DNA of 48,750 nucleotides from Armatimonadota bacterium (GTDB lineage Bacteria; Armatimonadota; Fimbriimonadia; Fimbriimonadales; GBS-DC): NCBI GenBank assembly GCA_039630445.1, contig JBCNVA010000041.1, positions 1 to 48,750 of the forward strand, read 5' to 3'. Shown piece by piece: positions 28,631 to 40,124 of this stretch (position 1 is its first letter; each line of letters starts with the position of its first letter). The notes under the pieces were generated by a model. It saw only the letters and a program-made list of their open reading frames with translations, ran no database searches and was not told where the DNA came from. The position numbers and the translations under genes were made by a program.

Positions 28631-30181
28631 CTAACACCCGCTGCCGAAGTTGAACAGCACGGTCAGCAGATCGGCATCATCTACTATGCCATCGCCGTTG
28701 AGGTCATAGCGCGGGTCGCTGCCGCCGAAGTTGAATAGAACGGCAAGCAGGTCGGCGTCATCCACGCAGCCGCTGCCGTCGACATCGCCCCCCGGCAAAG
28801 TGGTGGTCTGCAAGCGCAGCTCGTAGCGCTGCACATCGTTGGTCGAACCGCTGCCCGAGAAGACCCGTACATAGAAGGTGCCCCCTGCCGGGTAAAGCAC
28901 GAAGTTGGCGATTTGCTCAGCGACGCCCGTACCGTTCGCGGTGGCGGACGCCAGCACAGTCGTCCCGTTCGATGCGCGCAGCTCCACCTGCAGGTTCTGG
29001 ATTGCGCGTGTATCGATGGTTGTTTGAGGCGGGTTGCCATCCTCACCACCCACCTGATAGGTACTACCGATGGGTGTCACTGTAATGGTAATCCTTCGGC
29101 TGGGCGGCACGGTCAGGCGGTAGAAGTCCACATCCGCGGTGCGATCCAAGCTGGGTGTGTTCAGCGTCACCAGGTTAGTGCTGGTCAGATCGATAGGTGT
29201 GGCGGTTGCCGCTGTGCCGTTCACCTCATATGGGTCGCCGTAGTTGCGATGTGCGCCGCGAATGTCGTCATCCTGCGGACCGTCGAAGCCGGTGTTCAGA
29301 TAGGGTTCCATCAGTTTGGTGCCATTGATCGGGACCACATGCAGCAGCCCGATGCCGTGCCCATGCTCGTGCATCACGGTATTGCGCAGGAAGCGATAGC
29401 TACCGCTACTACTCTGCCAGTTTTCGCTGGTATCCAGCACCATGTCGCCCGTATTAGGCAGGTAATTGAAAGCCAGCACGCCGCCCGCACCATCCAGATT
29501 GCGCCCACCGATGCGCACATCGCCGCGCGGGGCAGTTGCCGAGCCGGGGCTGTTGGGAAAGGCGGCACCATCGTCCGAGACCTCTTCATACACAAGACCT
29601 GCCACCTGCGCCCAGCGGGCAAAGCTGTTGCGGAACTGGTTCTGCCAGAGGGTGGTGTTGCCCCCAAACTTGCTGTTCATGCTCGAGATGAGGTTGCTGG
29701 GAGCGCTGCCACCGCTTACACCAGGCACCAGCGTCCCATCGGGCACGATACTCCAGCGCAGGCGAATGGGAGTCCCCTGCGAGCCAGTAGTGCCATACGA
29801 AGTCGAGGTCCAGCGCCCACCGATGTCATATGCGGGCGAGAAGTCTCCAAAAATCAGCCGAGAGATATATCGGACATACCATTCCGGGGTGCCAGGAGCG
29901 AAGCAAACATGCATCGCCAGCCCCTCGCGATTGACGCCCTCGATGCAGCAGGAACCAACGCCGCGAACCCCTGTCAGCTCGCTGAGCAGCGCGTGGCGCG
30001 CCGTCATTGAGTTCAAGGGATTCCAAGGTGGGGTCGGATTATCCCAGCTCCAGATGGGCGCCCAGTGGGGCAGGAGCCTGTTCAACCCTGCCATCTCAAA
30101 AATGTCAGAGCTGATATGTGCATGGCTGGTCAAAAGACCAAGCAGCCCTGCAACAGCCCAGAGCTTTGTATAGATCCTCAT
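28631..30181 (-). CDS. Secreted metzincin (matrixin/M10-like) with PPC-like domain and C-terminal dockerin-like module
   Basis: Signal peptide MRIYTKLWAVAGLLGLL, the HEHGHGIGLLH zinc motif (HExxHxxGxxH) and the Met-turn KLMEPY. A pre-peptidase-like beta domain follows (DFYRLTV). Two EF-hand-like repeats are present: DVDGSGCVDDADLL and DLNGDGIVDDADLL. Confidence 0.8.
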   Translation of the reverse strand: MRIYTKLWAVAGLLGLLTSHAHISSDIFEMAGLNRLLPHWAPIWSWDNPTPPWNPLNSMTARHALLSELTGVRGVGSCCIEGVNREGLAMHVCFAPGTPEWYVRYISRLIFGDFSPAYDIGGRWTSTSYGTTGSQGTPIRLRWSIVPDGTLVPGVSGGSAPSNLISSMNSKFGGNTTLWQNQFRNSFARWAQVAGLVYEEVSDDGAAFPNSPGSATAPRGDVRIGGRNLDGAGGVLAFNYLPNTGDMVLDTSENWQSSSGSYRFLRNTVMHEHGHGIGLLHVVPINGTKLMEPYLNTGFDGPQDDDIRGAHRNYGDPYEVNGTAATATPIDLTSTNLVTLNTPSLDRTADVDFYRLTVPPSRRITITVTPIGSTYQVGGEDGNPPQTTIDTRAIQNLQVELRASNGTTVLASATANGTGVAEQIANFVLYPAGGTFYVRVFSGSGSTNDVQRYELRLQTTTLPGGDVDGSGCVDDADLLAVLFNFGGSDPRYDLNGDGIVDDADLLTVLFNFGSGC

Positions 30182-30308
30182 ACGCTTACCTCCAAACTAT
30201 TGGCTATCTGCTTGCGCATCAATGATTTAGGGGCGCAAGTCCGTCCTATTATACCACAGTTGCCCCTGCCGATGCGACATTCTGCAGTTGGATGCGGGTA
30301 TACTTTCT

Positions 30309-31073
30309 ATGGCGACCATGCGAGCAGAGCTGAGACCGGCGGATCGGATGCGACAGGCGCTGACGGCGCACTTGGATCACGAAGGGGTACAGACCCTGCT
30401 GGAAATGGCGGCAACCTGCGACGAGGCGAACGACTATCTCCAAAATGGCGACTATGAGCTGGCGCTTCAAACGGCACTGCCCCTTGTATTGCTGCAGACC
30501 CCTGTGGTGGCTGAACGGGCACGCGAGATTGCCCTCAACGCTTTAGACCATCTCGTGGATCAGGCGATGATGCAAGGCATGCCGCGCCGTGCGCTGGACT
30601 ATCTCCAGCAATGGTTGCGCCTGGAACCGAATGCGCTCTATCCGATGGTGCGCCGCGCCGAGATCCTGCAGTTCGATATAGGCGATTATGATGCCGCTTG
30701 GACCGCCTATCTGCAGGTGCTGCGCCACCATCCGAACAACATCGAGGCGCTCATCGGGCTGGCAGAGCTTTCGCTGATGGAGGGCAACCCAGAGCGGGCT
30801 TATCCCTATGTGCTGCGGGCATGGCAGACCCTGGCGCAATCGCGCTGGGCGTACACGCCCTCCGTGCGCACCTTCACTGCCCTGTTTGAGGGGCTGTACG
30901 ATGTCACGGCAGGCGTGCTGGCGTGGCTCGGTCCTCCTGAGGAGGCGGAACGCTTACTGGAAGAGGCAATCCGCCGTCTTGGGGGCAGTGAAGCACTCAG
31001 CCGACGCCTGCAAAGCCTGCGGGAGATCCTCGCCCGCGACGCAGAAAGCGATGATAAGCGAGACCGCCCATGA
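30309..31073 (+). CDS. TPR-like repeat protein
   Basis: A helical-repeat protein with TPR-like units (DYDAAWTAYLQVLRHHPNNIEALIGLAELSL). The ATG is at 30309; the track gives TTG at 30288. Its stop overlaps the next start (ATGA). Confidence 0.6.
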   Translation: MATMRAELRPADRMRQALTAHLDHEGVQTLLEMAATCDEANDYLQNGDYELALQTALPLVLLQTPVVAERAREIALNALDHLVDQAMMQGMPRRALDYLQQWLRLEPNALYPMVRRAEILQFDIGDYDAAWTAYLQVLRHHPNNIEALIGLAELSLMEGNPERAYPYVLRAWQTLAQSRWAYTPSVRTFTALFEGLYDVTAGVLAWLGPPEEAERLLEEAIRRLGGSEALSRRLQSLREILARDAESDDKRDRP

Positions 31074-32173
31074 AAGCTGAGCAGATCCTTGGACCCGAGT
31101 TGATGCCCATCTATGAAAAAGTGTTAGAGGGCAAGCGGCTCTCCTTCGAAGAGGGGCTGCTGCTCTTCCGAACGCCCAACCTGACAGGCGTGGGCTACCT
31201 TGCGAACCTCGTGCGGGAACGCCTGCACGGCAATCGCGCCTATTACATCCGCAATCTGCACATCAACTACACCAACATCTGCAATAAAGGCTGCAAGTTC
31301 TGCTCCTTCTATGCCAAAAAGGGCGGTCCGAAACCCTACACGCTCACGATGGACGAGGTGCGTGAGCGCCTGCGTGCCTATCGCCACATTCCCTTGAGCG
31401 AAGTTCATATTGTCGGCGGCGTGAACCCGCGCCTGCCCTATAGTTACTATCTCGATCTGGTGCGCACAGTCAAAGAGGAGCGCCCCGAAGTCCACATCAA
31501 AGCCTTCACAGCGGTAGAATGGGAGGAGATTGCCCGTGTTGCCCGCAAGCCGCTTGCCGAAGTGCTGCAGGAGATGAAAGAAGCTGGGTTGGGCAGCGTG
31601 CCCGGCGGCGGCATCGAGGTGCTGAGCGACCGCATCCACGCCGAACTGTTCCCCAAAAAGATCGGCGGCAAGCGCTGGATGGAGATCGCGCAGGAGATTG
31701 CCCGTGCGGGTCTCAAACAGTACGCCACGCTGCTATACGGCATGGGCGAGACAATCGAGGAACGGGTGCAGCACTTTATCGCCCTGCGCGAACTGCAGGA
31801 TGAGACGGGGCATTTCCTTGCACTGACCCCGCTGGCATTCCACCCAGAAGGCACAGAGCTGGAGCATCTGCCTCACACCACAGGGTATGACGACCTGCGC
31901 ACGATAGCCGTCGCCCGCCTGATGCTCGATAACTTTCCTCACATCAAGTCGTTCTGGATTATGAACACGCCTGCCGTCACGCAGATTGCGCTCTGGTATG
32001 GGGCAGACGATGTGGATGGCACGGTGCTGGAGTATGAAATCGTCTATCAGGACGATGCGCCGGGCGTGCGCCAGCAGGTGTTGACCCATGGTCAGCTCAT
32101 CCGCCTGATCCGCGAGGCAGGGCGCGAGCCAGTGGAACGGGACAGCCTTTATCGGGAAATCGCAAGAGCATAA
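31070..32173 (+). CDS. mqnE: Radical SAM menaquinone (futalosine pathway) enzyme, MqnE/MqnC/CofH family, most like aminofutalosine synthase
   Basis: YYIRNLHINYTNICNKGCKFCSFYAKKGGPKPYTL contains the CxxxCxxC cluster in the NxHINxTNxC context I associate with MqnE. The C-terminal TIM-barrel part is typical. The family call is solid; the subfamily assignment is tentative. Confidence 0.6.
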   Translation: MKAEQILGPELMPIYEKVLEGKRLSFEEGLLLFRTPNLTGVGYLANLVRERLHGNRAYYIRNLHINYTNICNKGCKFCSFYAKKGGPKPYTLTMDEVRERLRAYRHIPLSEVHIVGGVNPRLPYSYYLDLVRTVKEERPEVHIKAFTAVEWEEIARVARKPLAEVLQEMKEAGLGSVPGGGIEVLSDRIHAELFPKKIGGKRWMEIAQEIARAGLKQYATLLYGMGETIEERVQHFIALRELQDETGHFLALTPLAFHPEGTELEHLPHTTGYDDLRTIAVARLMLDNFPHIKSFWIMNTPAVTQIALWYGADDVDGTVLEYEIVYQDDAPGVRQQVLTHGQLIRLIREAGREPVERDSLYREIARA

Positions 32174-32234
32174 TCCGCCCCCTGCCTCCCTGCAGCGGCT
32201 GGCTCGGTCAGGTTATGCCCGTATCCCTCTTTAA

Positions 32235-35259
<3,025 letters not shown>

Positions 35260-35263
<4 letters not shown>

Positions 35264-35682
35264 CGACCAAGGAGGCTTTAATTGAAGGGCTGAATGTGGA
35301 TCTGGCGAACGAGTATCAGGCGATTATTACCTACATCACCTACGCGGCAACCGTGATGGGCATCTACCGCGAGGAGATGAAGGAGTTTTTCCTGCGCGAG
35401 GTGCCCGATGAGCTGCGCCATGCCCAGTTCTTGGCGACCAAGATCGCCGCATTAGGCGGCACGCCCACGACGACGCCCATGCCTGTCCTGCCTGCCAGCG
35501 ACTTGAAGCAGATGCTGGAGAATGTGCTGCGTGCCGAGGTGGAGACCATCGAGCGCTACACGCAGCGGCTGCGCCAGGCGGAGGAGCTGGGCGATTACGG
35601 GCTGGCGAACGACCTGCAGCAGATTATCTCGGAGGAGACCCAGCACAAAGAGTCGATCGAGATGATCCTGCGCGGGCTATAG
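35260..35682 (+). CDS. Ferritin-like (di-iron four-helix bundle) domain protein
   Basis: Two E...ExxH-type ligand sets (NEYQA...DELRHAQ and RAEVE...EETQHKE) in a helical protein of 140 aa. Confidence 0.7.
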
Positions 35683-35685
35683 GGG

Positions 35686-36885
35686 CTATTCGTGGCGCAG
35701 GGCTTCGACAGGGTCGCGCGTGGCGGCGCGATAGGCGGGCACCGTGCCGAAAATCAGCCCGACCAGCCCGCAGACGCCCAGCGCTAGCAGGATTGTGTCC
35801 AGCTCCACCAGGGGGCGCAGCACCGTGTAGCGATCGATCAGCCAGCAGGCGATCCATGCGACGGCAACGCCGATAGCACCGCCTACCAGCGCGATCAGCG
35901 TCGCCTCCAGCAGGAACTGCCCAAAAATATCGCGCTGGCAGGCGCCTACCGCCTTGCGAATCCCGATTTCACGCACGCGCTCCGTCACGCTCATCAACAT
36001 CACATTCATCACGCCGATTCCGCCCACCACCAGCGCGATTGAGGTGATGCCCGTCAGCGCGACCGACACAATGCGCAGCAAGCTGAACAGGCGTTCGAGC
36101 AGGTCCTCCTGCGTCAACACGGAGAAGTCCTCGCTGCCACCCCGATTGCGGCGCACCGCATCCCGAATGCGCTCAACCAGCCGACGCGGCTCGACCTCTG
36201 GCTCCGTCTGAGCAATAATGCGGTGAATCTGGCGACTGCCCATCGCCTGCTGCAGACTCTGAATCGGTGCATAGATGGCGAATTCGAACCCACCGCTGCC
36301 AAACAGAGAGCTTTGTGTTGATTCTTCGGTTACTCCGATCACTTGGAACGGCACGCCATTCAAATTGACCGTTTTGCCTAAGGGGTTCTCTGTGCCAAAC
36401 AGCTGGCGAGCAGGTTCAGGTCCCAACACGCAAACTCGCGCGTTGCGCTCCTGCTCGGTAAACAGCCGTCCTTTGGCAAGGCGATGCGGGCGCATCTGGA
36501 ACCACTCGGGTGTCGTGCCCAAGATCAGCGCGGCGTCTGACCAGCGAGTACCTCGATTAGCCGCCCCTGCCACAAACATAATCGGCGCGACCCGTCGCAC
36601 GCCTGCCAGCTGGCGCACCACTGCTATGTCGCTCTCGCGCAGCGTGCTTAGCCCAATAAAACTCATCGGGTTGAACGGGTTCTCAGGGCTAAGCCTGCCG
36701 GGCAACACAATCACCAGATTCACGCCCAGCAGCTCCACCTGCTGGCGCACATCCTGCTGCACGCCCCTGCCCAGTGAGATAAGCATCACAATCGCGGCGA
36801 CGCCCACGGTCATGCCCAGTCCACTCAGCAGGGTGCGTCGTGGGGTCAGCCAGAGCGATTCCAGCGCCGCGTGGAAACTTTTCAT
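35686..36885 (-). CDS. ABC transporter permease, MacB/FtsX family
   Basis: N-terminal TM, then a MacB-type periplasmic domain, then a C-terminal FtsX 3-TM bundle with EIGIRKAVGA. No ATPase gene is adjacent. Confidence 0.85.
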   Translation of the reverse strand: MKSFHAALESLWLTPRRTLLSGLGMTVGVAAIVMLISLGRGVQQDVRQQVELLGVNLVIVLPGRLSPENPFNPMSFIGLSTLRESDIAVVRQLAGVRRVAPIMFVAGAANRGTRWSDAALILGTTPEWFQMRPHRLAKGRLFTEQERNARVCVLGPEPARQLFGTENPLGKTVNLNGVPFQVIGVTEESTQSSLFGSGGFEFAIYAPIQSLQQAMGSRQIHRIIAQTEPEVEPRRLVERIRDAVRRNRGGSEDFSVLTQEDLLERLFSLLRIVSVALTGITSIALVVGGIGVMNVMLMSVTERVREIGIRKAVGACQRDIFGQFLLEATLIALVGGAIGVAVAWIACWLIDRYTVLRPLVELDTILLALGVCGLVGLIFGTVPAYRAATRDPVEALRHE

Positions 36886-37032
36886 GGCATCTGCCCGTAT
36901 TATTAACAGGAAGGTGGACGGGACTCCAGAAAAGGCATCGACATGCCATAATAGAGAATGGGAACGAGTTCACCTTCCTTCCTTGGGGGTGGCAGGCTTT
37001 GCTCTCCTTTCACTGCCACCCTCCTTTTTATT

Positions 37033-37992
37033 TTAACCCCCTTGTAATGCTTCATACACCATCGCGGCGACGGCGACATCCTCCAGTGCAATGCCCAGCG
37101 ATTTGAAAAGGGTGATCTCCTCAGGCGACTGGCGACCGGGCAGCAGACCGCCCACGATGTGCGCCAGCGAGTGAACCCGCTCCCAACTGAGCCGACGCAT
37201 TTCGATGGGCAACAGCAGTTCTGCTGCTTCCAAACGCGCCTGCTCGGGGTCATCCACCACGATTCGGTCGCACCGCCCCACCGCATGGGTGTCCAGCTCA
37301 CGCCGCGCCAGTGAGTTCGCGCCCGCCGCGTTGATGTGCATACCAGGGCGCAACATTGCGCCTGTCAAGAACGGCTCACGCGCGTTCGTGATGGTAATCA
37401 CCACATCGGCATGTTGCACCGCCTCTTCGACACTGCCTGCGGGCTGCACGGGGATTCCCAATTGCTCACTCATCTGCTGGCAGAAGGCGTGCAGGCGTTC
37501 GGGCGTGCGACTGAAGGCATAGACCTGCTGAATCGGGCGCACGGCGCATACTGCCTGCAGTTGGGTCGCTGCTTGGTGTCCCGTGCCGATGAGGGCGACG
37601 CGCGTGGCGTCCTCACGCGCCAAGTAGCGTGTGGCAACACCGCTCGCCGCCCCTGTACGCATCCGTCCCAGCGTGTCGGCTTCGATCAGCGCGAGGGGCT
37701 GACCACTGACCGCCGATGCCAGCAGCACATGGAAGCGCGTGCCTGTCGGAAAGGAGAGATACGCCTTATAGCCGATGTAGCCCTTGCTATGCCACGCTGC
37801 GCCCATTAGGTGGAGTGTGCCCTGCGGGGTATGCACGCGCTGGCGCGGGCTATTGGTGGCGCGCCCGTGCGCCCAGTCGCGGAACGCCGCCTCCACCGCC
37901 TGCAGCGCACGCGCCATCGTCAGCACCTGCGCTACCTCCTGCTCCCGAATGAGCCACACAGGCTCGCCATTCAGCAGAATCTGCTCCGCCAT
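37033..37992 (-). CDS. Ornithine cyclodeaminase/mu-crystallin family protein
   Basis: RTGAASGVATRYLAR, the IGTGHQA Rossmann motif, and FKSLGIALEDVA at the C-terminus. Confidence 0.85.
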   Translation of the reverse strand: MAEQILLNGEPVWLIREQEVAQVLTMARALQAVEAAFRDWAHGRATNSPRQRVHTPQGTLHLMGAAWHSKGYIGYKAYLSFPTGTRFHVLLASAVSGQPLALIEADTLGRMRTGAASGVATRYLAREDATRVALIGTGHQAATQLQAVCAVRPIQQVYAFSRTPERLHAFCQQMSEQLGIPVQPAGSVEEAVQHADVVITITNAREPFLTGAMLRPGMHINAAGANSLARRELDTHAVGRCDRIVVDDPEQARLEAAELLLPIEMRRLSWERVHSLAHIVGGLLPGRQSPEEITLFKSLGIALEDVAVAAMVYEALQGG

Positions 37993-38076
37993 GCACCCTT
38001 GAGCATACCCTAAAGGGACAGTTTGTGCCTTTGTGCTGGCTGAAAGCGGGTATCCTAATCGTGGAGGTGATGCCTT

Positions 38077-38343
38077 TTGGCATTCACATACGCTGAGGAG
38101 GAGAAGTTATTGCAGCGGATAACGACTAACCCTGCCATCTTTGGGGGTAAACCCATCATTCGCGGGCGTCGGCTGGCTGTTGAGCATGTGCTGGCTATGC
38201 TTGCAGCGGGCGATACGCCTGAAACGATTCTGCAAGGCTATCCCTGGCTAGAACTCGATGATATTCGCGCCTGCCTGATCTACGCTCGCCGACTCGTGGG
38301 GCGCGAGCGCGTCGAACCCCTTGTATTGGAACCGAGTCGATGA
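38077..38343 (+). CDS. DUF433 domain protein (putative antitoxin)
   Basis: ITTNPAIFGGKPIIRGRRLAVEHVLAMLAAGDTPETILQGYPWLELDDIRACLIYA is the DUF433 signature. The TTG start is 6 nt after GGAGGTGA. Confidence 0.85.
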   Translation: MAFTYAEEEKLLQRITTNPAIFGGKPIIRGRRLAVEHVLAMLAAGDTPETILQGYPWLELDDIRACLIYARRLVGRERVEPLVLEPSR

Positions 38344-38495
38344 AGGTGCTGCTGGACGCCTGCGTATGGGGCGGAGCCAAAGCCGTCCTGCAAGCGGATG
38401 GCTATGATGTGATATGGGCAGGTGATTGGGAAACAGACCCAGGTGATGAAGTGATCCTTATGCGCTTATTGCGAAGCTTTCTGCGACGAGGCTAA
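38340..38495 (+). pseudogene. Truncated DUF5615 PIN-like toxin remnant (51 codons)
   Basis: Not in the ORF track because it is shorter than 60 aa. The ATG at 38340 overlaps the DUF433 stop (ATGA). The translation [40 protein letters not shown] matches the N-terminal half of DUF5615 proteins as I remember them. It then diverges ([11 protein letters not shown]) and stops at 38493..38495, where homologues continue for about 60 more residues. Confidence 0.55.
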
Positions 38496-38500
38496 TCATC

Positions 38501-39562
38501 ATGAACAAAGGCATTATCGCGCGGTATCGGGCGCATCTACCTATCACGGAGCGGACGCCCATCGTGACGCTGAACGAAGGGAACACTCCCCTCGTTGAGG
38601 CACCACGTCTGGCAAGCCTCATCCATCCTGAAGTGCGCCTCTTCCTGAAGCTGGAAGGGGCGAACCCGACTGGCTCGTTCAAAGATCGGGGCATGACCGT
38701 CGCGGTGTCCAAAGCATTAGAGGAGGGCGCCCGCGCGATTATCTGCGCCTCCACAGGCAACACCTCAGCGTCCGCCGCCGCTTACGCTGCCCGCGCAGGG
38801 CTGCACTGCTTCGTGCTGCTGCCTCACGGCAAGGTCGCGCTCGGCAAGCTCACGCAGGCGCTCATGCATGGCGCCCAGGTGCTGCAGATAGAGGGCAACT
38901 TCGACGCGGCGCTGGAGCTGGTGCGCGCCATCAGCGAGCAGTATCCCATCGTGTTGGTCAACTCCATCAATCCCTATCGGGCGGAGGGGCAAAAAACCGC
39001 CGCGTTCGAGATTTGCGACGAGCTGGGCGACGCGCCCGATTATCACGCAATCCCCGTGGGCAACGCCCGCAATATCGCTGCCTACTGGCAGGGGTTTCGC
39101 GAATATTACGCGCTGGGCAAGACCACGCGCCTGCCCAAAATGCTCGGCTTTCAGGCAGCGGGCGCGGCTCCTCTCGTGGAGAACCGTGTGATCGAATCGC
39201 CCGAAACAGTGGCGACCGCTATCCGTATCGGCAACCCGGCAGGCTGGCAGGAGGCGGTGCAGGCGCAGCAGCAATCGGGCGGGCTGTTCGAAAAGGTGAG
39301 CGACGAGGAGATTTTGGAAGCGTATCGTCTGCTGGCGAGCTTGGAGGGCATCTTCGCGGAGCCTGCCAGCGCCGCGCCCGTCGCTGGGCTGCTCAAACTG
39401 GCACGCGAGGGCTACTTCACCCAGCCGGCGACTATCACCGTCACGCTGACGGGGCACGGCTTGAAAGACCCCGACACCGCCTTGCTTGCCAGCGCGTGCG
39501 AACCGCTGCGTGTGCCCGCCCGCTACAAAGAGGTGGTGCGCGCACTGGGGCTAAAAGCGTGA
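38501..39562 (+). CDS. thrC: Threonine synthase
   Basis: The PLP-lysine motif [11 protein letters not shown], then [12 protein letters not shown]. Short-type ThrC of 353 aa. Confidence 0.92.
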   Translation: MNKGIIARYRAHLPITERTPIVTLNEGNTPLVEAPRLASLIHPEVRLFLKLEGANPTGSFKDRGMTVAVSKALEEGARAIICASTGNTSASAAAYAARAGLHCFVLLPHGKVALGKLTQALMHGAQVLQIEGNFDAALELVRAISEQYPIVLVNSINPYRAEGQKTAAFEICDELGDAPDYHAIPVGNARNIAAYWQGFREYYALGKTTRLPKMLGFQAAGAAPLVENRVIESPETVATAIRIGNPAGWQEAVQAQQQSGGLFEKVSDEEILEAYRLLASLEGIFAEPASAAPVAGLLKLAREGYFTQPATITVTLTGHGLKDPDTALLASACEPLRVPARYKEVVRALGLKA

Positions 39563-39564
39563 CG

Positions 39565-39999
39565 ATGCGCTACTTAGCGATCGATCCGGGCACGCAGAAA
39601 GCGGGCGTTGCGATTGCTGACCTGCCCGATCAGCCCTTGCCTGAGGGGCAGCTGTTGAACACCGTGCAGGTGCTTCACCGCGCTGTGGTGCCTATTGAGG
39701 AGCTTTTTGCTCGCCTACCTGAGTGGCTTGCGCAGTACGCGCCCCAGCGCCTGTTGTTGGGCACCGGCACAGGGAGCAAGGCGCTGCTAACTCGCCTAAA
39801 GGAGCAGTTCCCCCAACTGCGCTGGGAGTTGGTTGAGGAGCGCGACACCACGCTGCAGGCGCGACGGCTCTATTTCCATTTCCATCCGCCGCGCGGCTGG
39901 CGACGCCTGCTGCCGATGGGCTTGCGCATTCCACCAGAACCCTACGATGACTATGTTGCGCTGTTGCTGATTCTGCGGGCAGCGGGCGGCACCCGTTGA
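39565..39999 (+). CDS. RNase H-fold nuclease, RuvC/YqgF-like (putative resolvase-like protein)
   Basis: MRYLAIDPGTQKAGVAIAD resembles the first acidic motif of RuvC/RuvX (IDPG..K.G.A). The C-terminal DDYVALLL supplies another acidic site. This is the tail of track ORF 39013..39999, with the start placed at the ATG at 39565 just after the thrC stop. Confidence 0.5.
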   Translation: MRYLAIDPGTQKAGVAIADLPDQPLPEGQLLNTVQVLHRAVVPIEELFARLPEWLAQYAPQRLLLGTGTGSKALLTRLKEQFPQLRWELVEERDTTLQARRLYFHFHPPRGWRRLLPMGLRIPPEPYDDYVALLLILRAAGGTR

Positions 40000-40090
40000 T
40001 TCTAAAACTCCAAATCCCGGGTACATTTCCGCGCTTCGATGCATTATATGCATGAAGGCGAAAAAGACCTCCGCACCATAGCCCGACGAA

Positions 40091-40122
40091 GGGGCAGGTC
40101 CTGTAGCCTGCCTCTCTATTTT
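40091..40122 (+). terminator. Intrinsic terminator after the thrC-nuclease pair
   Basis: GGGGCAGG, an 8-nt loop, then CCTGCCTC (8 bp with one G-U), followed by TCTATTTT. It sits between convergent genes. Confidence 0.4.
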
Positions 40123-40124
40123 GG

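Noticed and set aside
40039-40053. ATGCAT-TAT-ATGCAT, two palindromic hexamers in the AT-richer gap after the nuclease gene, considered as a possible operator.
   Set aside because: It lies between two convergent 3' ends where no promoter is expected. It occurs only once and is short enough to arise by chance.
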